Positions 23,971 to 37,592 of a stretch of DNA of 64,000 nt are shown here, one piece after another. Position numbers and translations under genes: made by a program. Location: the NCBI RefSeq assembly GCF_033153115.1, contig NW_026889809.1:4836001-4900000 (forward strand). The letters are read 5' to 3'. Position 1 is the stretch's first letter. The number at the start of each line of letters is the position of its first letter. Origin of the DNA: Saccostrea echinata. Its lineage: Eukaryota. The notes below the pieces were generated by a model, which made no database searches, was not told the DNA's origin, and was given only the letters and a program-made list of their open reading frames with translations.

Positions 23971-26900
23971 TGTTGTAGTTATAGTTTTAAGCCCTGTAAT
24001 ATGAATAAACAATATTGAGCATAAAAAATCAACAATAAACTTGCAAGGGAATATGTATAATACAAGAAGGATAACTCTTGCTATCTTCTTAAAGTTTAAA
24101 GTACTTTACAAGTTATTTCCCTTGACTGCATTAAAAATATATTAAAAACATTAATTCTGATAATGAATATTATGCATATACAATATTACTCCATAAATAT
24201 ATACATTTCAATGCAACTATTTTACATTACATTTATCTATGATAAAAGTATTATATTTCATATGCTTATCAATTAATCACCTGTTTATGGAACAAGGCTT
24301 AAACTCAATAAGCTGCCTGAATCAAGTCTCGGGTATACTACATATCAACTGTAAATAATAATTTAAGAGGCAGTCCACCGAAAAACCAGGCAATGGGTGG
24401 CACATCGCATATCATGGATTTTAATTATTTTTTGCATGTAGACTTATTAAAGCAAGTGTTTACACATGACAACATTTAAAAAAAAATTAGTGCTCCTCTA
24501 GTCCTATTTTTAGTAAATGCTTAATTTTAAGTGCAAAAAGGTCAACATAAGGGTAAAAAAAATTACTACGTTTTTATTTTGTTTTATATGTAACAGATAC
24601 TCAAAAGCTGGATGTGTCGATGAATATTATTTATAGCATAGACTCTTATCTTTTATTTTATTATTGAATAACACTCCAATTTATACTTCTTTAGAAATAA
24701 TTATATCGTCCAAATTTGAGTTAAGCAAGTAACTTTTTGAATTCAGTATCCAATTTTCATTACGTTATAAAACCCAATACATTACAAGGACAGATTTTTT
24801 TTCTTATTTTATTATGAATACAAAGTACAAACTTTTGAATCACTCAATAAAATCAGTGGGAACAGGTATATTGAAAGAAATAAAAGGAGTCAAATTTATC
24901 TTTTTTTTTTCTTTTTTTTTAAATAATTTTCCCAAATGAAACCGATCCCGACCGGAATTATATAAAGAAAAAAATACTATAATTGTAATGTTAAATTTGG
25001 CTCTATTGTTGTAATATGAGTAAAAACTTACTTGATTTATTTTTTTTAACATGTTATATAGGTGGCAGGTGCCTTTAGTTTGATAAATTTGTTAATTTTG
25101 CATCATTTTCGATCGGATCGGGATCGGTTTTTACTGTAAATTTAGAAACATTTCCTAAATTTGGCTCTTCATTTTAATTTATCAGAAAAATATGCTTGTC
25201 TTTTATTTCTTTTCAGTCAGTTAACTGTTTTTAAATGAGTGTAACCATAGATTCAAATATATATATTATTTAAATTACTGATGTCTTTTACGTACATGAA
25301 GATTACATGTAAAACATCTGATTGAATTCTTAATAGATACTCGGTATAAAAAAGTATTTGTACATGCATTATGCAACAAATGAGAGCAGACAGCTTCCTA
25401 GCTTTATTATTTATCTTATTTCCAAGTAAAATTTCTTTTTTATTTCCTCAGGAATTAAAGAGTAAATTCTATCAGTGGCGAAATTAAACTTGCCTAAATA
25501 TAGGAAATATTTTTATGTGTACAGTCTCGACTTTATCCAAGTTTTTTCTTACCTGTCATCTGTAAAACCTTTTCCTCTTTTACAAAATTTGATTTTATAT
25601 AAATAAGAAAATAAGCTCTTTCATATTGGTATCATTATTCAAGAGCCGATAAATCGCAAGCAAAAAGCGGGGGGGGGGGGGGGGGGGGGGTCTCATGACA
25701 TCATTATTTTTAAAAATTGGTTTCATGAACGTGAAAACATTTTAGAATTGGCCAACATAGTCACATGTTTAAACTCCATATTAAATGTGAGTGTGTGATT
25801 GTTTCAATCGCCAAATTAAAAAAATAAATAAGTAAAATAAAAAAAAAAACACGAAATGTTTCATTAAACCATCTTCCGTTTTAGTGCCAAATTATAGTGG
25901 GGAGTTCAGCAGTAGTTTAACTCAATGAATATATTTTTATAACTTATTTTTCAGGGTTTTTTTTTTTTCATTTTTAATCGTACTTCGGTTTGTTTATTTT
26001 GATTTGACTGCATAGATAAATATATTTAAGTTTTTACAAATATCATGAAGTAAACATCTCAACTTCGTTGAATTAAGTGTTGCGCAAATCTAAAACATTC
26101 ATCATTGATTCCCAATTTTATAAGAAATGTTCATGATAAACACTTCATTAATTATTTTTACGCATATCCTAGTAAATCAGTTAAAAAAATTAGTTCTCAG
26201 ACATGTATAAAATTACTTATCAAAACGTCATCTAGCTGAGACGCCGCCCGTGTATAAAATACATTTTGATATTAAAATATTATTTAGCATTAAGAATAAT
26301 GCACTCTGAGGAGTAATTAAACAGAAAAAGAGAAATCATTTTTTAAAAAAATCTTTTTCTTTACACTTTAACGCAAAGAATTCACAAACTGCTCTGGAAA
26401 CTTGTAACTATTTCATTGTGACGCAATATTAGGTATATGACGTCACTGATACATCAATGGAAACGTGGATTCAACCTGAATACTAGAGCCAATTTTAATC
26501 TAAATATTACGTCTGGAGGCGAAAATGAATTATATTTTGAAAATAAATTATTTAGCTTTTTGTTTAATTATTTTCTTTAGTGTATCGATTCTAAATATTT
26601 CACTAGGATTCCGATAAAAAGGTGTTGAGCAGATTTACCGATGCCACGGGAGATAACTCTTGCATCGCAAAATTTCATAAAAACGTCTTATATTTTGCCA
26701 GAAAACTACTATCAAAAGTGTTTTTCCCACCGATTTTAACAAATTAGAAATGAACAAAGGCAGTTTAAAACTATATAACTTCAGAATCAATAATCAGATC
26801 CCATCAATGAAATTGATAACTGATATTTATAAATTACTAAGGTCGAATGATAAAAGTAAAAGAAATAAACTTGATGATCAAATCAATTGAATTTACTCAT

Positions 26901-27774
26901 GGATGATAGAAAGTTGCTTTCTCTCCTTTCTTATCTTAAAAATAACCTTTCTAATCAGTTCACCAAAAGCGGGAAAATATATAAAGTAAATCTATTGGTT
27001 CTTCAAACCACATGACATGTATCACATGTCTGAAAATGACCACCTAGGTAAAATAGCCATAGGCATTAAATACCAAAAAGTCATTAATTGAAGAAGTCAA
27101 CTAATGATCAATGAATAGCACAATAAAAGAACCAAGGGAGAATAGGGCAATACAGGAATGTGTATCCAATTGTGTTTCAACTAAATATATACAAAATGAT
27201 GATGATGTAGATGATGATCAAGTGAAATAATTATAAAACAACAAGAAACACAATATACTTTTAGTATCATTTATTAATCATAAATATATTGAAAATATCA
27301 CCCTATTACAAAATTGTAAATGCTTACAGAGAATAGCAAAAATTGTAAATGGTTACAGAGAATAGCTCTTAATGCACAACAGAGAAAAAAAAAATGATTA
27401 TGCATCTCTTCCTACGAAAAATACTGGTAATACTGTGTCTGATACATATTTTTTTATTTTTATAGCATATATGGAAAGCCTTTTTTCTAGCATTGAAATA
27501 ATTGTAAACTAAAATTTTACTCTAAGTATTCTATGATCATTTGTCATTCAGCCCGCTTAAAATGACATGTTATACAAGTGTCACGGACGATAAAAAGAAT
27601 TTAGGATCTTTGATTGACGGCATTTAAAAAAGCGGAATATGTCCGGTTCTGTTGTTACCTAATTAGTATGGCTGAACGAATGTAAATGAGGTGAAATTTT
27701 TAATCCAAAATGTTCTCGGTTTACGGTACTGCGAAACAATCTGATTCTGAGTAACACTTAGTGTCAAGAGGAAG

Positions 27775-30216
27775 ATGTTTTGCCGAAAAAGACGGGTCTC
27801 CAAAGAGAATCTGGCAATAATCGGTTGCCTGTTTCTCGTGTTATTTGGACTCGTACAATACCAAGGTAAGAGGCTACTTTATTTCTGAATTTATTAAATT
27901 ACTTTTATTTACCATCGTTTATTGTCCAATGACAAATTAATATTTTTAGAAAGAAATAAATTAGATGTGTAATCTATAAATACTAGAAACTCTAAAAATA
28001 AAATTTTTTAAGCTTATATATGAATTCTATACAATATATATGTATATATTTAAATTCCCTTAATTTCTCTGGTATAATTAACTCAAACATATTATTCTAT
28101 ACTATTTCTGTGTCTTATTTGTACACCTTGAGTAATTAAAAGCGCTTGTGTGTCGAATACTAGTATATTGCCAGTTACTTGAACGATAATTTTAAATACT
28201 CTATCTCTATTTCAATCTTTGCCGTGGTGATTATTGCGGTTCAGAGCAGGTATACAAAGTCTGTACTGACTCACGAACCCTTGCATTCAATATCTAGATA
28301 ACCCAGGATGTAATACCCAAACATCCTTAGTATCCTTTATTATGATATGTAATTGTGTATCTATCTTTATTTTTCATCCGTTAGTACACTAACAAAAAGC
28401 TGGGGAGGTGACACAAAAGTATTCAAGATAATTACAATGTATCTAAACTTTCTTCTTCGGTGGAATGAGATTTGGGAGTATATTTGTCTTGATAAATTAA
28501 CTCAAAATACGTAGTGTGCTTCCATGACAAAATTAATTCTATGTCATCATCGCACTGTCATAATAACGTATGGCTGGCTTCATGATAGATTGCTCTTAAG
28601 AGTTGAATGACTTAATTGTTGTTAACATTTGTAATATACTTTCACTTATTTTAAATAATGAAAATATTCTTTACAGAGTTTTCCTCTTTGAATAGCTTGA
28701 GGGGATCACAGGCTGACGTGGTTTGGCAGGAGTTGTCTTTATATCCGACAAACCTATCAGAACTTTTTGTGGATCTAACACCTGACAATAGAAATAACAT
28801 CTCATCGTACCACACACAGTCACCAAAACTTCTAGTAAGGCACAAAAACTCTTATTCTGATTCCTCAAGTGTAGTTCTATTAATAAATCTAATGAATAAA
28901 GAAACCCTAATTATCTTTCAAAGTTGACAATCAGAAATATAAATATTGAAAAAATTAGCATGAATTACAATAACAAAGTGTTACCTAATGTACTGAATAT
29001 TGTACAGTGCGTGTCAATTATAAATCTGGTTTATACTCTCTAGATGCAAACAGCTGTCCTTTCGGAACCCTATGTAAATCAAAGACTTAAACAATACAAC
29101 AAAGCCTGCCGAGGTAAAGAGTTCATTATTGGTCGTGAACCAGATCGCACCATACAAAACCACTTTCAAATGAGCAAGTCACACAAACTGATATACTGCA
29201 GCATAGAGAAAGCTGGGACCACTTTCTGGAGAAGGGTACTTCAAGTTCTGGATTCCACTAACCTAGACAATCCATACCAAATCAAGCCACTTAATGTCAA
29301 CAAAAAGTCACAGTCACTATTCAGGGAAGATTTATTTCGTATGTTAGCAAAACTACGAACTCATATCGTATTTATGTTCGTTAGAAATCCATTCAAAAGG
29401 CTTCTGTCTGGTTATTTGGATAAGATATATACAGCTAATCCATTTTACTGGGGTGTGATTGGAAAAGAGATTCGGGTTCCTATAAAACAAAGTACTAGAG
29501 CGATGCGGTTAGACCAAGTCGCACAATTATCTAAAACAGTGAAACCCCCTACAAAATGTTACCATAATATCAGTTTTGACGAATTCATTCAATATGTCAT
29601 AGAAGCAGAGAGTACAACTTATCGAAGGAGGGATCCACATTTTATGGCAATGTACGATTTATGTAAGCCGTGCCAATTACAGTATGATTTTATTGGCAAA
29701 ATGGAAACTTTCAAAGAGGACTTTACATTCATTATGAGGACATTAAATATTTCTAAGTTTGATATCAATGATTTAGAAGAAGAGGCCGGATATGACACTT
29801 TCATCGATGTCGCCACATCGTTAGAGGAAAGACGAGAAGAAATTGTCAAGTGTTTATCAATGCATGAAGCTTACCTCAGATCTTGGCGACACATGCAAAT
29901 CAAAGGACTGATTGGTATCGATCAAAATTACCCATTTAGTGAGAAACAGTCTCTGTATCTGAAGCCTATACAGCTGATCAGAGCTATGAAGGAAGCTAAA
30001 GGAAGATCTACCTCAAAAGAGAACATGAAGGTACAAAAGGAAGGCTTTTTCATGGATATATACAGGACGGTAGCTATAGATAAACTAGTGAAACTTGTCC
30101 AAATCCTGAAAAGCGATTTCGATATTTTTGAATACGATGCGTATCCTCAATCAATTTTTGCACCTAATATTAGAAAAAGACTCAAATATTCTGATGTATT
30201 TAATGTACTTAGATGA
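27775..30216 (+). CDS. CHST11: Carbohydrate sulfotransferase 11-like (HNK-1ST / Sulfotransfer_2 family); 3 exons, ~473 aa
   Basis: Exons 27775-27865 (MFCRKRRVSK + TM), 28677-28834 (stem), 29044-30216 (catalytic). 5'-PSB YCSIEKAGTTFWRR, 3'-PB FVRNPFKRLLSGY, CKPCQLQYDFIGKMETF, terminal DFDIFEY. GT-AG introns, phases 1 and 0. Exact orthology within CHST8-14 is uncertain. Confidence 0.9.
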
Positions 30217-32431
30217 ATAACTAAGGGAATGTGACCATTAAAGGGTTTCATACACTGTGTTTTTGTTAAGTCATATACATGTTAGTTCGTGAGGATGGTA
30301 TTCCTGCACTATTCAGGTTTCATACAATTGAATACTACTTAGTTTAAATATGCAAAAGATATTTATCAGAAGGAACTTTTTACTGACAAATATTTTATAT
30401 CAAAATAATTAAATTTAACTTTAAAAAAAGAAGCTATTTTTGGAAATAAAAAGATCACTCATACTCAGTACATCATGTATAATGTTAACAACTGCAAGTG
30501 CACTGGACAATTTTGATGGATATTAGAAATAAAGCTAATTTTATGTTTGTGAACTTCAACAAAAAGCTAATTTCTAGATTAATACAGAAACTATTAAAAC
30601 ATACAAATCAATATCAAATACAGGTATCGAAATTATTGATTAATAAAATCATATTTCCATATTAGAGAGAGAAGGGGGATTTTAGTTACATGCATTTTTA
30701 TGTTGAACCTTTTATGATTGATTATTTTTAGGTGGAGGGGGGTATACTTTTATTTGAAAAGCTCTTAAAATTGTAGTAAAGCAAATAAATTTTGGACAAA
30801 AAGTTTTCTCAAGTAAGAAAGTTATCAAGTACTTGCGATCTTCTCAAGTGACATGAATTTAAAACCGTATAATTTTCCAAAAGGTGCAGTTTATTTAAAA
30901 CCATTCCAGCAAAATAATTGCGTCAGTTTGAGGAAGGAAATTGCCTCCTTTGTGAAAGGTTTCATAATACAAGATTTTTTTGCCTGTGACAAATTATTAA
31001 TGTTTGTGGTCTACCCTATGTGTTATAGCTGGTATTCAGTTTGGGTAATAATTTGTGATTAATCCTTTAATATTTACCTGATATGCAATAAAAGTCATAT
31101 TTCATCATTCAAAAGACGAATACTTTACTGAATACTACAGAAATTACATGAGAACTGACAGGTGATATTGAATAGGTGGGGCGAGTGATCTTTATTAAAT
31201 AGAATTCTTTTCTTATTCCGTAGATGTCTTCACAAAGATACTGCAATTCAGTGGACATTATGTCAATGAATTAATAAATATATAAACTAAAATATAAAAA
31301 AAAAAATAACGTGCAATGAAATGGAAGATTTTTTTTTCAGAATGCTTCATTTATTTGAAGAAAAAAACTATAATCTTTCAGCTTCAGAATGCAATTCTGC
31401 ATAACTCTACGTATACATGTAATGAATTACGCAGGAAAAACTCAATCATTTTGGTCGTCTTATAACTATTTGTAAACATAATTTTTAATGTAACTGCAGT
31501 AAATTGCACAAATTTAAAACCACTTGCCTTTTCTTTCCATAACCTTCTCTATCGAAGAAAACCATCTCTTTTCCTCCTTCAATGACGCCTGTAAAAAAGC
31601 ATCCGTATATTAATTGCCACAGTGGCCTTAATTTGTGACGTTTTACAATTTTTAAATTATTTGAAATTACCAAAGTTAACGATGTCAAATAATTTTGATA
31701 TGCACAAAACTTAAGATTCTTGTGGTTTACCTATCAAGATAGTAGATACAGATTTATTATGGTTGGTTTGTCCACATTTAGCAGACCCACTGCTCCTGAA
31801 ATATGCTTTTGAACAGATATTTAGCAAATCGTGGTGTTTGATTGAATGATGAATTAAGATTAAATGTGAAATAAAGAGCAGCTAATATGTTTTTAAAAGA
31901 TATCCGACCTTTACTGAAACTCAAACACTCTGATGGTCTTGCCAGAATGCCATGGTCCACAACAGTAAGTGTATATGCTGACACTATATTCGGACCACAA
32001 AATAATTTGATCTTAATATCTGTTGTGATTATTCTGGAAACACTAAAAATAAAACCTAAGACTACCGATACTGGGAATTGCCAGGCGAAACTTTTAAAAC
32101 CAACACCATGTCCATGTCAGGGGAGGAAATGAATGCTATTAGAGATAATAGATATTAAAGGGTACAAGAATACCCAAAGATGCTCCAATAAATTCCATTT
32201 GCTCTGCTGAGTATCACGGTTAAAATGACTAAAAGTAGATTGTTCATCTCAAAACCAACAATTTAACCAATTAATAATACAATAGCTTTTATTGCAAATG
32301 AAGGAGATTTTACTGTGTGGTTAAAATTACAGGTGCTTAGGTGGAAAATTAATTTTTATATCTCAAAATAAGGGATCAGAAAGCGAAAACTTAAAGGGAA
32401 ACGGGGGTATACGCATTACGCAATAACAAAT

Positions 32432-32929
32432 GCAAGGAAATGTGTTTGTGAAACAATGGTGTTCCCGTATGGCAGTTAAAGGCTAAGGTTAATTTTTTCA
32501 AAAGTAGATCAAAATCCAAGGTAAAAAATGTTGGTACCTAAAAGAAATAAAGATGTGAAATATGAAAACCCGAGCACCACCCTTCAGAAGTTATGGTACG
32601 TTAAATGTTTTCCAAAGGTATGCCAAACTCAGGTCAAATGTTGGTACTCAAAGAAAGGTCTAGTCAAAAGGAGTTGTAAATTTATAAGTCCTGTCAGTAA
32701 TTGTTCAAAAGTTATGGGCAAGGTTATAGTTTTTCAGTAGGTCAAACTCCAAAGTCAAGAGGTCAAAAATGTGGGTACCCCCAAAAAGGTCTTGCAACAA
32801 GAAACGCACGTGAAATATGAAAGCCTTAGCAACGACCATTCAAAGATTTTAAAGTTTTTGCGAACAGAGAGACATACAGACAGACCTAAACTATATGCAG
32901 CAGAATCTTCGATTACGGAGGCATAAAAA
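32432..32929 (-). mobile_element. Decayed HINE-like element
   Basis: Repeated AAATGTTGGTAC/GGTCAAA units, GACAGAC tract, and a GGAGGCATAAAA end with the same layout as 62656-63168. Confidence 0.5.
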
Positions 32930-33089
32930 TACCTAAAAACGAAGTACAACAGGCTCGAAATCTGGCTGCTTTGTACAGTATTTGTTGGAACAGTATTTCA
33001 ACTATATGACATTTTAGGCTATTTTAGCAACAGTAAGTAAATGTCATACAAAAAGAAACTTGCATCTTTAAAAAATACCTTATTTTGTT

Positions 33090-33540
33090 TTTTTTTACAA
33101 TCAGATACGAAAAAAATGAAAAACGTAATAACGCAAAGTGAAAAAGCATAGTTAACGCAAGAAAAGGCATAATAAAACGAAAAGGGCGTTATATAATGCT
33201 CTTCAAAGGGCATAATTATACGTAGTTAAAGGCGTTTTACACCTCTTATAAAAGGTGTTTTAACAAAAAATAAATTGCGTATAAATGCAAAGAAAGATGC
33301 AATGAAAAAAGCTAAGAAATTTTGCCTTTCAAAAGGCGTAATAACGCGAAATTAAAAGGAGATATTACGGCCTTATAAAAAGGCGTCATCACATATTCAT
33401 GTTGAAAGGATATATAAAAGCAAAAAAGGCGTAATTTTTATTTAACGCGAAATAAAAGAGTTTTTAATGCCAATCAAAAGCCGTTTTAAAACGAAAAGAT
33501 ATCAGTATGCTTTTCTAAAGACGTGATAACAAGAAATAAA
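33090..33540. repeat. A-rich TAACGC/AAAAGGCG degenerate repeat family (also 2490-2650, and inverted at 3060-3170)
   Basis: Recurring ATAACGCAAAA..AAAAGGCG motif. Confidence 0.55.
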
Positions 33541-33547
33541 AATGTGT

Positions 33548-34170
33548 ATGAAATGTGAAGATAATGAAAAGTAATCATGTCAAAAGTCCCATTAAACAAT
33601 ACAAAATTTAAGCAGAGCAAACACAGACCTTTGAAAAAAGAGATAGGATTAGGTGCCATGGAGGAATAACCCCCTTTCGATCGGTTATATCCGCCGTGTG
33701 CTCTTTGTCATGATCGGGTAAAAAAATCTGTAGAGAATTCAATGTGAAAATAATAGCCTAACATTTTATGAAAGACGTCAGCCAACATTCGACTTGACAA
33801 TAGACTGTATATGCAAACGAGGTCATTGTATTGACAATATAGGATTTGCAAAATGTTGACGTTAAACGAGATCATTGATATCCTTGTATCACTAACTTAT
33901 TTGTCAGTAATCTGCGTTTCTTTCGAAATTGATCTTACGTAGAACATGCTGTTGTGTATCGAATCAGCTGGGAGAAATAAACCCCATATAGTATTTTTCT
34001 ACATAAATAAGGGAAGTTGCCGATAGAAAAGTTGAAATCATCAAGTTTATCATAAAGATTAGTTGTTAGTTTGCCATCAATAGTAAAACATACAAATATA
34101 AAAACAGATATGTCAGACACTGTAGTCTCTTATTTCGCAAGTTCAATGGGATAATCGAATCAACGCATTT
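33548..34170 (-). mobile_element. Naiad-type retroelement, decayed 3' fragment
   Basis: LYDKLDDFNFSIGNFPYLC..YGVYFSQLIRY plus the family 3' tail. Confidence 0.8.
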
Positions 34171-34533
34171 TTCGGAGAAAGGTTTAAACTGAGGCTGATG
34201 TCATTAGTTATCACGCTGCAGATTGAAGTGCACTGAAGACTATTACTCTGCACACTTCTTGTTTTTGGAATTAATCCTATCCTTTGCTGTTAGTCAGATC
34301 ACTGCTGCCTTTTGGTTTACAATAAACAGTGAACACAGACAAGTCTTATTACTTGGCTACACAATTGTGGACAATAAATATATTTCAGGATATGAACAAC
34401 AGACTGATAAGCTTTGGTGCGCAGAGTTGGGGTTGAGCAATTTCGCTACAGCATCCAGAAATACAGTGACTATAATTATCAGATTATGGAGGCATGTCAC
34501 CCCAGTTTCGTTATCTATGTACAATTACATTAA

Positions 34534-36150
34534 ATGAAGTTTGGAGACAGCGAACAGTATTCAAGCTCAAAGTCCATTAAAACAATTCAAATCGGGAGCA
34601 GAGCAAACACGGACCTCCAGAAACAGAGGTTGGATCAAGTGCCATGGAGGAGTGAGCATCCCCTGCCGACCGATCACACCCACCGTGTGCCCCTTGTATG
34701 ATCGGTAAATAACGTAAAAATCCATCGACAATTCAGTGTTCAAATAATGGCCTAACAATTAGTATGAAAAACGTCAGTCAGCATATGACTTGATGATAGA
34801 TTGTATTTGCTAACAAGGTCATTGTGTCGACCATAGAACTTACGAAATGATGACTTTAAACGAAACTGTTGATATTCTTGTTTCATCAACTTGTTTGTCA
34901 ATAACTTACCTCGTTTTAGAAATTGTTCATACGTAGAGCATGCTCTTGCGTGTCGAATCAACTGAGAGATATACACCCCATATGCAGGTGATAAGGGTAT
35001 ATTGCTGCCTAAGTAAGGGAAGTTGACGATTGAAAAGTTTAAGTTATCATAAAGCTTTGTTGTTAGATTACCATTAACGTCTGTTTATAGTAAAATATCC
35101 AAATATGAAACAGATGTGTCAGACTGGTGGTATCTTTTATTTCAAGCTTACTGGGATATATCCTGTCGACATATGAATGGAAATAACTATTGTTAATTGA
35201 TATTACGTCGTCGATATACATGTATCTAAATGTCGAGTTGAAGGCCACAGCAAGAGATTTCTTTTTCTCGTGTATAAGATTTTGAATAAATTCTGATTCA
35301 TATGAATACAAAAATAGGTCTGCTTACAACGGGGGGCAATTGGTACCCATGGGAACTCCAACAGATTGTAGGAAGACCTGGTCTCCAAAAACCACATAGA
35401 TATTGTCAATCAGAAACTCAAGCATCTTTTTAATATCAACTTCAGAGTATACTTGTGTGTACAATCAGAATGTTTTTAACAAAATAATTTTACAAACGAC
35501 CAATGACAAGGTAAGTAAATTTACGAGTTCCATTTTTATTGAAAAGGCAGCTTTAATGGTGTCAAAAAGCCTTGACTTTGATTTATCTTGGGGAATGGTT
35601 GTATACAGAGTTGAAAAGTCGTAAGTTTTTTGGTAGATTTTGTGATTTCAAATTTTCCAAAAGTTCCTTCGAATTTAATTTTAAGTATCCACATCTGATT
35701 TACACCACTTCTCGATTATATTGTTGCACAGTACTCCTGAAATTCTCATTCACTGCTGTTAACATTTTAGTGAGCAGTAAAGAAAGAGGCTTGGTAGAAC
35801 ATTTACTGGAACCTGCTATGTATCTTTGTTTGTAAGGATTTTTATGAAGTTTCGGAATCCAATATAAATATGGTAATTCAAATTCAATTTGGTTGTTGGG
35901 AAATTCAATATTAAAAATATTCAAAACTAACATATGACTTTGAAGAATTTCCTCCTTAGAAAGAGAGCTATGGGTGTAAGCTGAATTGCCACTTGTAGAA
36001 TTAAATCCCAGATCTTCTAAAATACAATTAAAATACTGAGCCTTACAAACAAAGACAATGGTGTTACCTGCTTTGTCAGCTGGGACCAGTACATACTGAT
36101 CGTGTAGTCTATCTAATTCTTTTTTCACTTCTGAATTATTGAACATTATA
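34534..36150 (-). mobile_element. Penelope-like (Naiad-type) retroelement, longest copy, frameshifted RT
   Basis: VLVPADKAGN, LYWIPKLHKNPYKQRYIAGS, DFSTLYTTIP, PMGTNC, FRY(MY)IDD, YISQLIRHARACS. The ORF ends right after the RT thumb with no C-terminal GIY-YIG domain, which fits the N-terminal-endonuclease clade of Penelope-like elements. Confidence 0.88.
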
Positions 36151-37592
36151 GATCTAAATAGTAAATATCTACCTTAATGGCTAAACATTAGCGCAGGCAT
36201 TTAATTATAATGAATTAAAACAAACGCACTATTTCTCGTGCTTACATGTGTATCATAACTTATACCTAGAAATGTATCAGCCCTAGCGGTTACAGGCGTA
36301 TTGGACTGAGTGAGACAGCGTCTATAAGAACTAGGGCTGTCTTGCCCTCAGGGCTGAGATATCTCTATCTCGGCCCGTTTTCAAGGGCTGTCTCGCCCTC
36401 AAATTTCAATCCATTATTTCTGTATTTGTGTCAATTAAGAGCAAATTCATATTAAAAGAAAACAAATTGTACACTAAAATTAGATCTGAATCTTTAAAAA
36501 ATATTTATTTATGCCAGAATATTAAGAAAATTGTTTTTAAAAACTGATAGTACTTGTAACTAAGAGAGGTAGCTCATGCATGTTTACTGAAAACGTACGT
36601 CAGGGATCTTGAGTCAACACGCTGCCGTTGTCAAACGGACCCCGACCTTGTGAGGATGCAAAACCTCGCTTTGAAGAGAAATGGGTGTTTGTTTGCTTCT
36701 TTGTAATCTAATGTGCTTTGAAATGGAATAAGTTTCAAAACACTGACTAGGACTAGTCTTTCTAATGACCAAATCAGGCAAATTCTTTCTCTACATGACA
36801 AGTCACCTTTACCTTCTTGATGAACATCAAAAATAAAGATAACTCTTAATTTATTTCATGTGACAAAATTTAAGAAAGCTTTTTTTGAAAAAATATATTA
36901 ATACTGTATTTGTTTTTTGATTGCCTTTGGTTTTAGATATACATTGTAACAACAACACACCACTGTTTTGATCTTGTCCCTCGTATCAGCCCTCGGATGG
37001 TCTCGGACCGTTTCCTCCAGGCTTGCGCCGATACCAACCGCTCGGACTGATACCTGGGTGGAGATCAAAACAGCAGCATGATATTCTATACATCATAGTG
37101 ATATGCGCGATGCAACAACAGAAGTGAATGCATGACCCTTTGTAGAAAGTGATACCATCTTAATTCAGCAGAATACCCCCCCCCCTCCCACACACACACA
37201 AAGACAGAAGATGTGAATTTACTTTTACGAGACTTTATATATATGCCTTTCTTTTTTTTTCTTTCTTAATACTTACTTGAGAACATTAAATAGTAGGGGG
37301 TGGGGGGTGGAGGTTGAAGGGTGGCCGCTTGTTGAGTTTGACTTTACGAATATGTGCAGTTTTGCTGTATAAAATGAAAAGTAGATTCTGTTGCTTTTGA
37401 TTATTATACAAAAGTTTTTCTTTGCAACGACTTTAAAAATGTATGCAATTCAATGTAGCACTTTTATAGTGAGCGTTTTTATGCGTCCCTTGTAAAACTA
37501 CTTTTACCCAATTCCAAACCGGATGTTGACACTTTAGCGTTCTTTACTCTTACTTTTTATATTATTTGGTTAAGAATAATATTGGACAGATC

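Noticed and set aside
30890-32130. Chain of splice-signal-bounded segments on the minus strand (e.g. 31795-31731, 31588-31528)
   Set aside because: Joined frames are short, end in early stops and resemble no protein I recognise; could be lncRNA or chance.
36265-37090. Possible Crypton-like non-autonomous element upstream of GMCL1 (similar candidates at ~14690-15050 and ~37930-38620)
   Set aside because: Only internal short inverted repeats; ends and family cannot be fixed without a library search.
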